Assembly (NCBI RefSeq): GCF_006345805.1
Contig: NW_021832186.1
Span: 1-31,816 of the forward strand
Direction of reading: 5' to 3'
DNA from: Octopus sinensis
Taxonomy: Eukaryota
Length of the DNA stretch: 31,816 nucleotides
Below are positions 24,076 to 31,816 of the stretch, one piece after another. The notes beneath the pieces are model-generated. The model saw only the letters and a list, made by a program, of their open reading frames with translations, did no database searches and was not told the DNA's origin. Position 1 is the first letter of the stretch, and each line of letters starts with the position of its first letter. Position numbers and translations under genes: made by a program.

Positions 24076-24221
24076 AGGACACAAACGTTAGGGAAGACAA
24101 ACATCACAAGTCATATTTGTTGTTATTATTGGAAAAAAATTCAAAGACCTTGAATTTTTTTCCCGATAATAATAAAGTATATGACTTGAGACGTTTGCCT
24201 TGTCTTAACGCTTGTTGTCCT
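24076..24221. repeat. Imperfect palindrome (~70-bp arms)
   Basis: Perfect core GGAAAAAAATTCAA (24131-24144) / TTGAATTTTTTTCC (24150-24163); outer pairs caagtcatat/atatgacttg and aggac/gtcct. Confidence 0.7.
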
Positions 24222-24613
24222 CTATAACAATGTTATATATATATATATATATATATCTACATATATGTACGGGTATGTATATAAATTATGTGTGTGTGTG
24301 AATAAAAGGGATGGAAAAGGTAGTCGAGTACTACAGATGTTTCAAAAATACACCGAGTGCAATTTACGTAATAATACGAATGTCATGTAACCGTCGATTG
24401 TACTTTTTCGTCTGGTCCATACGATTATTTAATTGAAAATAGTCCGTGTCTTCAGGCAAAAAGAAGGCAAATCTTCAAGATAAAAAGTTGTTGGCTTGTT
24501 GATATCATTGAAGTTACAGTGGTTGTTTATTAATTTGGTTTCGTTAACACTGCTTAGACGTGATAGAATATATTAAATCATATTCTAAGTTATCTCTACA
24601 AATATTCTATAGA

Positions 24614-25004
24614 ACTAGCAATATAGCCCGGCGTTGCTCGGGTTTGTTTCGACCCTTTAGAATTGGAATTTTTGAAAAGTAAAAATTTTGCATTATGTAG
24701 CTTGTTATTCTCTTTAAGTGAACATTTTCCTGGTTGAAATACACCGAAAAATGGCGACACAGCAGTCAAAAAATCGTAAAAAATAGGGATTTTCATAGAA
24801 AAAGCATCTTTTTGATGTAAATAATGTTTGGTGTTAACATGGTCCGATCTGAATTTTTCTTCTACGGAATGAAGAGTAAGCCTTCTTCTGTCATACTCTC
24901 AATTTTGGTCAACTTGCGCTGCAGGGTCTCGGAGGAGATAGTGTTAGTTGAAGGCTACCAAACCTGCCATACACAGACAACTTCAGCTTTATATATAGAG
25001 AGAT
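24614..25004 (+). mobile_element. Non-autonomous Helentron/DINE-1-like (HINE) element
   Basis: Starts ACTAGCAATATAGCCCGGCGTTGCTCGGG (small hairpin); internal aattttggtcaacttgcgctgcag; ends cagctttatatatagagagat followed by TT. Confidence 0.6.
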
Positions 25005-25369
25005 TTAAAGCCAGCACTGAAAGTCATAACGTTTCGTATGCGAAAATCTGTAGAAATAACCTAAAAGTGGTTAAATCGCACTACCAAAAAAAAAACTGAA
25101 AAAAATAGGACACACGATTAATTTATAAACTTTTGATATACTCTGTGGTACATTCAAGTTGCAAAACGAAATATGGTGTCTCTACCGGACAATAAATTGT
25201 GATCTTTGGATGGCAATTAAATCATTTTGACTAAAATCCCATAACTCAGCCATCATTGAGAAAAGATTTCCAATTCTGTTCATAGAAAGTTTTTTAAGTC
25301 ATACAAATATTACAAACAAATTGTATTCCAATGCTGCGAGCAACATCTCTCTTCAACGAAACTCTTTTC

Positions 25370-25545
<176 letters not shown>

Positions 25546-25962
25546 TACACACACACACACACATACACACATACACACATACATATATACTATGTACGTG
25601 TGTGTGCGTGCATCTTCTGGTATGTATGTGCGTGTGTAGATGCATTTTCTCGTGAGCAAATACATTAACGCATGAACTGTTCCATTCATAAAACGTTCCA
25701 CGTTCTCAGTTCTTCTCGTGTCCTATAGAATTTCACGTTCGCCATTCTTAACATATGTAAATCCATCATCGCTGTCTTTGCCTTCACAATGCTTTCCTTT
25801 TTTTTCTGGGGTTTTTTTCTCCTCTTTTTCATCAGTTACCACATTGTCTCTCCTACATTCACCGTTCATCTCAGATTCTTAATAACGCCACATTCTGAAC
25901 AGTTTATATGACACGTTGCGAGAATACTTCCAATGTCAAATTCTTTTAGATAATCTATCTAT

Positions 25963-26000
<38 letters not shown>

Positions 26001-26058
26001 TGTGTGTTGTTTGTATGTCCACTTGTATTTACAGACTAAAAGGTGAGCATTTTCACAT

Positions 26059-26094
<36 letters not shown>

Positions 26095-26709
26095 ACAGGT
26101 TGTCTCTCACTCACACAATCCACACAGTGCCACGCAGGTACGAACAGGCACACACACACACACACACACACACACGCTCTCTCTTTCTCATATTCCCATT
26201 TATATTCCTATGAATATATATATAGAATCTGTAAACCAGAAGACAGACAGACAGACAGTCAGATATACAGCAGACCTTATGCAAAGAGGAAATATCATTG
26301 ATCAATTCCGGAATTGCGATGAAACGACTTTGACAAACCTAACTGATTGATCGATTAATCGAACGATTAATCAAGCTATCAATAATTAGTTAATTGTCTA
26401 ATTTGTTGTGAAATTGACAAATAATAACAGAAGCAAAACAGAATCGGTCCATGTGTTTCTCAGCATAATGACCCTCCCAAAATATAACAAAATTTCTGAA
26501 ATCATTTATTAATAGTAAAATAGGTCAAAAGTAGAAAGTCCAGTTTTTAATTCGTTAGTAATTCTTTGTGTCAAGTTTATTTCACAAAAGAATATAAGTA
26601 GGTGGTAAGTTTTGGTTGGTCATTTCTTTAGTTGTTGGTGGTATTTAGGGTACTTCCGGTTTTCATTTGTAAGGTTGGTGTTATTAGTTAGGCATGTCAT
26701 GGCTCTGTT

Positions 26710-26875
26710 CAGGGCCGGCCCTAGGGTTACTGACACCCTGGGCAAGCTGGACTTTGGCGCGTACAAGCTGACGGTCGAGGAAATTTCCTTGTCTTTGACA
26801 CGCCCTCCTTCGCGCCCCCTAGCATATGGTGCCCCAGGCGACTGCCCGAATTGCCGGTACCTTCAGTCGGCCCTG
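26710..26875. mobile_element. hAT-superfamily MITE (166 bp)
   Basis: TIR CAGGGCCG / CGGCCCTG; 8-bp TSD GCTCTGTT at 26702-26709 and 26876-26883. Confidence 0.88.
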
Positions 26876-26981
26876 GCTCTGTTAGTATATAAAGTTGTTC
26901 GCTTGTGCTTTGATGTTCACCAAAGTATTTGAGTAAAGATTGTGTGTTTATGTTTCTCTCCAGGAGTTCCTTGTTCTAGAA

Positions 26982-27270
26982 GCAATTGTCCTCATTGGAG
27001 GTAAAGTTATTTCACATATAGCATCAACAAAGTTTCTCAGCATTCATATTGATGAGTTCCTCAGTTTCAAAACACATAAAAGCAATTTATTAAAACAAAA
27101 TTCCTGTACTTTTGGTATGTTAAATAGATTTTCTTACCTTCTTCCCGAAAATGTTAGAATCACTCTTTATTATTCTTTAATATACTCAAAATTCCCTTAC
27201 TGTGTTGCTGCCTGGGGAAATTGCAAAGTTCGCTTACTCAACGATGCCGTTCATAAATCATGGAAGACTC
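26982..27270 (+). pseudogene. CR1/L2-group LINE reverse transcriptase C-terminal fragment
   Basis: KFLSIHIDEFLSFKTH...GMLNRFSYLLP...LYYSLIYSKFPYCVAAWG matches the K(F/Y)LG..ID..L.W / LY.SLI...L.YC...WG thumb motifs. Confidence 0.8.
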
Positions 27271-27312
27271 TCAAAATAAACAATCCTCAATCAAAATTAC
27301 TTTCGTTTAATA

Positions 27313-27386
<74 letters not shown>

Positions 27387-27400
27387 TGTGTGTGTGTATA

Positions 27401-28118
27401 AAACAGCTGTTTTATGGTGAGCTTGCAGAGGGGAAGCGCTATCGGCATAAACCTAAAAGAAAAAGTTTAAGGACGGCATAAGGACTACTATGAAGTCACT
27501 TGGAATGGATCCAGAAGATATAGAAACCCTTGCTTCGGATCGAGTTGGATGTGGAGTAGAGTGAAACATTTGAAGGGGCCAGGATAACGCAAGTAAGACT
27601 CAAAAGAGATCCCAAGAAGAATGTAACGATCGAGAAGGCGAATGACAATGACCTTTTTGTGTGCACAGTCTAGACGGAAAGGGTGGTACCTTTGGGTACT
27701 CTGCAGTGGTGTCCAGATCGGGGTTGGGTGGTGGTGTAGCTTTCAATCACAAATTGAGAGACGAGACACTTCAGGACCTTCCATATGCCTGTCTTTTGCT
27801 GGTCTCAAATCTCATTTGCGAACCCATGGAAAACGAACCTCCACCAACAATTTTGCCTATATGTCTGTGCACACCTCTGAATGCAGTGAATGGCAGAAGG
27901 TTTGCAAATCCAACGGAGGCCTCAAAAGATATGTTAAGATCCACAAAGAGCAGAATTTATCTGCAGCTCTTAGTGGTCCAAATCAGAAGTGCAATCTATG
28001 TGGGTGTCTTTTAAGAGCATTGTCTGGTTTAGAAAGCCACATCAGACGTCATGATGGTGCCAAGGTGCAGGTACAGGAGGTGATCAAACTCTGCATAAAG
28101 ACGCAACGAAAATTTTAG
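27401..28118 (+). pseudogene. RTE-clade LINE 3' fragment with C-terminal C2H2 zinc-finger remnants
   Basis: KQLFYGELAEGKRYRHKPKR(fs)FKDGIRTTMKSLGMDPEDIETLASDR, followed by ..CLSFAGLKSHLRTH, CSEWQKVCKSNGGLKRYVKIH and CNLCGCLLRALSGLESHIRRH. Confidence 0.75.
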
Positions 28119-28605
28119 GAAAATAAAAATAGGAAATAAGCGGAAATTTTACCGGTGAGTGTGTTACATTATGAGGCACAAATAGAAGAGAATGACTCGC
28201 CCCAGACACAACTAATTTCAAAGAAATCATTGAACATCCACCTTCTGTTGAACCAAACCCATTTATAAACTTTATTTTATGAACCTACAGTATATTTTTA
28301 ACATTTGTAATATTTTATATTTCCAGACTTAAAGAGATTTATTTTTTATATACGTTTTTGACCGCTTTGCTTGCATGCAAAGGATGTTTCTTTTTTCTTT
28401 CTTTTTTTTTTTTTTCATTATTATTGACCTTTTTATTTTTTTATTTTTTGACCTCCTATCAACTTGCCGAAATCAGCCAAGCTTCCAAAGGGCTTAATCC
28501 GATTTTTTATGCAATTTCTGGAAAAATGTCTTTGTAAGCTTTACTTATTGTAATTGATAAAAAATATTCGATGTAAACTGGAATGATAAATTTATTTATT
28601 TATTT

Positions 28606-28646
28606 ACTAGCATTATGACCCATCGTTGCCGGGTCATAGTGCTAGT
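28606..28646. repeat. 41-bp hairpin with ACTAG/CTAGT ends (Helentron-end-like mini element)
   Basis: ACTAGCATTATGACCC atcgttgcc GGGTCATAGTGCTAGT; left half resembles the 5' end of 24614. Confidence 0.6.
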
Positions 28647-28769
28647 GCATGTATATATGTGTATATATATGTGTACATATTACATGTACATCTATATATA
28701 TACATCTACACATAAAATACAAAATACAAAGTTATATCTTGATATCGCTAGTGATAACATTACTCAAAA

Positions 28770-29600
28770 TATATAACAGACTGGAATTGTAGGCCCGTCT
28801 CTTGCAATTTCGATCAATTGTATCTTGTATAGAAGTGTGGCTACAATCCAGCCTACTTCTACTTCTGGGGAGACATTTTAAATTTTTATCCGGGACGTCC
28901 TACGTCCCAGATATAAAGGTAAAAATAAAATATTTCCACTTTGCAAGGTTCGAGTCGAGTACTCCCTTGCACGCTCCGTTGACTCGAACCTTGCTTCTAT
29001 TGTGGCGAATTTACCGCCTCTGGTTAGATATCTTTCATAGTCGCACCAAGACACTTTTCGATGGTGCTTTCCTCCAGGTGTTCAAATCTATTTTCTCTAC
29101 ATTGTATACTTTATAGACACTAGTCTTTTCTTTAATTTAATTTTTTATTTCGTTTGGTGGTGTTATCCTAGATTCACCGTCTTTGTCGGTGATCAATCCG
29201 AAATAGGTTTGTATTTCTTCCATTTTAATTTTAATGAGTTCGCGCCCGCCGACGGCTGCAGCGAAATTCATTTTTGGACTTTCTTCTATCGAGGGTATTC
29301 TAACAAAAATGCTTCCGTATAAACGGTGAAAATATTGTAAATTTCTCCCAACAGGGACACAATTCAATTTTTAAATAATAACCAAAGCTCCTTCTCCCAA
29401 TGGGGGAGGGTTACAGTTTACAATTATTTAACAAATGCAACACAACAACGTTTCCCTTATGAGGAACCAACAAACGTGATAACAATAGTTAAACAGTAAT
29501 AATAATAACAACAAACCGTACGGTGAATCAAAAAACAGTACGCAATTGAAGCTATAGTCCTTTATGTATAATAAATAAACCAACAGCAGTGCTCGGTTGT
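28770..29600 (-). mobile_element. ORF1/gag-like retroposon B (5' UTR + decayed N-terminal ORF1, 3'-truncated)
   Basis: ATG at 29271: MNFAAAVGGRELIKIKMEEIQTY..GESRITPPNE..(fs)EESTIEKCLGATM(fs)TRGGKFATIEARFESTERA..LPLYLGRRTSRIKI*NVSPEVEVGWIVATLL; collinear with element A. Confidence 0.7.
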
Positions 29601-29602
29601 GA

Positions 29603-31490
29603 TTTTTTATTACCCACAAGGGGCCTACAAAGAGGGGACAATACAATCGGGGAACTTAAAAATAATAAAAGAGGATGAAATAAGACGAAGAAAATTAAAA
29701 AATGAGTTATGAAAAGATATTACAATGCGGTGTAATGTCCACTCGATCCCCGAAATCGAGTGGTTACATTTCGTCAGTCCTTCCCATAATGGGTTTTTCA
29801 AAAATTACTACTGAATTCACAAAGTTCACAACACAAAAACTCCACAGAATTTCCAAAATACATTTCGCTAACAGAGATTTTTCCTCTTTTGGCACTTTTA
29901 AATTACAAACTTTACAACACAAAAAATTTCACAGAATTTCAAAAATTACCTTTCGATAACAGAATTTTTCTTTTTTGACCCCTTTTCCCCAATTTTAGAT
30001 ATATTCTATTTCGTGCACGAGTGTGTCGTATCTCTCCACGCGAGATGGACGATCTTTCAACCGACACCTCCAGTGATCCACCACGTACTCTCCGGCGGCC
30101 TCCATAAACTCATGGTAACTGTCCTCGTGGACGAGAGCACCCGCCTCAAACTCGGTTCCCATCCTAACCCATGATGTTCTTCTTGTTCTCCCTATTATTT
30201 CGTCCATTTCAGGGCAGCCCCCGTATACTACCAGTGCTCCATAAAATCTGTACCCCCATTTTGAAACTCTGGTTTCTGTTGAGTGTTCCCTTGTCTTCCC
30301 TTTAGGACTGGTTGCTTCTTTATTCTCTTCCCTTGGTTTCTCCCTTTCTCTCTTCTTACTTTCCTTATTTTCTTTTTCTTTCGGTCGGCTGTTTTTTCCT
30401 TTCTCCTGTCTCTGTTCTTTCTTGAGCTCGTTTTCTGTTCTTTCTCTACTTTGTGTCTTTTGTTCCTTTTCTGTTGTTTCTTTTTCTTTGTTTTCTTTCT
30501 CTTTCGGTGCGTTGTTTTTTCCATTCTCCTGTTCTTTTTTTTTCCTCTCTCTGTTCTTCTTCTGTAGTTTCTCCACTCTGTGTCTTATTTTGTTCTTTTT
30601 CTGATATTTCTTTATTCACTGTGAATTCATATAATGGGCACTCCGCCCTTATATGGACTCTTGCTCCACACAGGTAACAATTGGGTCTTCTTCCTTCTAC
30701 AATTATGCCGATTGTCGTTCCGTTTTCCACTTCTATCTGGAAGGGGATTCTTTCTATGTCTTCTATTGTGGCCATAAGCCACATCTCGACACCGAATCCC
30801 GTTCACAATATTGGTTTCTATAATAGACCCCAGTTTTGGTTCGTCTTCAGTCGACCCAAGAATGGCTGTCACCAGCCATTCCGTTTTTATCTCCGGCGGT
30901 ATATTTGGGATCTTAATCCTTATGCCTCGTCTTCCTTTGTACGTGGGTAACATTATGAATTCTTCCGTTCTTAGGAGAGCGGAAGATAGCGAGGCCGCCT
31001 CTTCACTTGTGGCAAACCTCACCTCTACCGTACCATACTTCTTCCCTCTGCTTACCTATGTCGCTTTATCCATTATGTCTCCAAGACACTTTTCTTTATC
31101 TTCTTCCGATATTCGTGCTATTTTCCTCGAGCTTCTACCCTGTATGTGATCGCTTTGTTGTTCCTCTCCTCCGTTGTTTCTGCTGGACGGATCAGCTTGA
31201 CGCTTTCGCCCTCCCTTTTTATATATTGTTCGTATTTCTTCATTTCTTCCGTCTTAAATGTTACATCTTTTTTCACAAGCGATGCGCCATTTCTCGTTGC
31301 GGTAACCCTCACATATGTCTCCATGACGGAGGGACGACGTTCTTTCTACAAAAAGTAACGACAAGCAGCGGCAAGCGCCTCGCGCGATTCGATGTTATGA
31401 CGACTTTCTCTACAGTTTCCCAATTTTTCACACTCTTTCACACAAAGAACAACGTCTTGACACTCAGTGGAAGCAGCTGTTCGAGAAAAT
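29603..31490 (-). mobile_element. ORF1-only (half-LINE-like) retroposon A
   Basis: 5' UTR ~31325-31490, ORF1 31324->29995, ~390-bp 3' UTR with ~85-bp tandem repeat (29805-29980), end GGCCCCTTGTGGGTAATAAAAAA; no ORF2. Confidence 0.7.
29995..31324 (-). pseudogene. Tx1/L1-type ORF1: RRM-like region + CX2CX4HX4C zinc knuckle + K/E-rich linker (at least 3 frameshifts)
   Basis: METYVRV..; EEDKEKCLGD..YGTVEVRFATSEEA..PTYKGRRGIRIKIPNIPPEI; VEGRRPNCYLCGARVHIRAEC; C-terminal domain ending HEIEYI*. Confidence 0.75.
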
Positions 31491-31816
31491 AAACATTACA
31501 TACAGCCAAACATCATATAGATACTTAATGCTAGCTAATTAGCAGATAATCTAATGTAAAAGCCGTGGTAAACGGTATGTGCACAGTTCCATCTGGACTA
31601 TTCCATTTCTGCACTTAAATTTTATTTTTTATTTATTCCCATTCATGTGAAACCACTTATTCAAGTTCGTCATTGATGCAATTTTATACCAATTGCAATT
31701 TTTACTTATATTATACTTCAGTTTGATTTTAATTATTACTTACTACATATAATTCAATTGTTATTATTATTTTTTTGTTAAAGTGAAAAGTATCTGACAT
31801 AAAGTAGAAGACACTT

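Noticed and set aside
24329-24458. Hammerhead half-motifs CTGAAGA ... GAAACATCTGTA on the minus strand
   Set aside because: About 100 nt apart with no in-register stem II; could be chance or a very old relic.
29995-30604. K/E/R-rich and F/L-rich ORFs as independent genes
   Set aside because: They are frame-shifted pieces or the antisense of the ORF1 low-complexity linker.

Overview
Eukaryotic, very microsatellite-rich non-coding DNA. The repeat repertoire (tRNA-derived SINEs, a TAA-targeting Dong/R4 LINE, RTE, CR1/L2 and Tx1/L1 remnants) points to a coleoid cephalopod, most likely Octopus; this is an inference from pattern recognition, not a database match. No intact host gene is supportable, and most ORFs in the track are translations of microsatellites. 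Main contents: (1) a 5'-truncated, disabled Dong/R4-type RT + CCHC + RLE LINE (9879-12661, -) in a co-oriented nest of TAA-tailed retroposons; (2) many SINEs of four families, three of them split by later insertions into their internal (TA)n tract; (3) at least six unrelated Penelope-like terminal sequences carrying type I hammerhead ribozyme motifs. Four motifs look intact (7050-7102 +, 7256-7290 -, 15044-15131 -, 16341-16376 -), and three elements are inverted repeats with a hammerhead in each arm; (4) two paralogous, tandem gag-like retroposons (28770-31490, -). The complete one is ORF1-only (RRM-like + CCHC knuckle), and its 3' end is shared with a Tx1/L1-like LINE fragment and a SINE, suggesting a half-LINE/SINE/LINE system; (5) RTE with a multi-C2H2 tail, CR1/L2, hAT-MITE and Helentron-like remnants.
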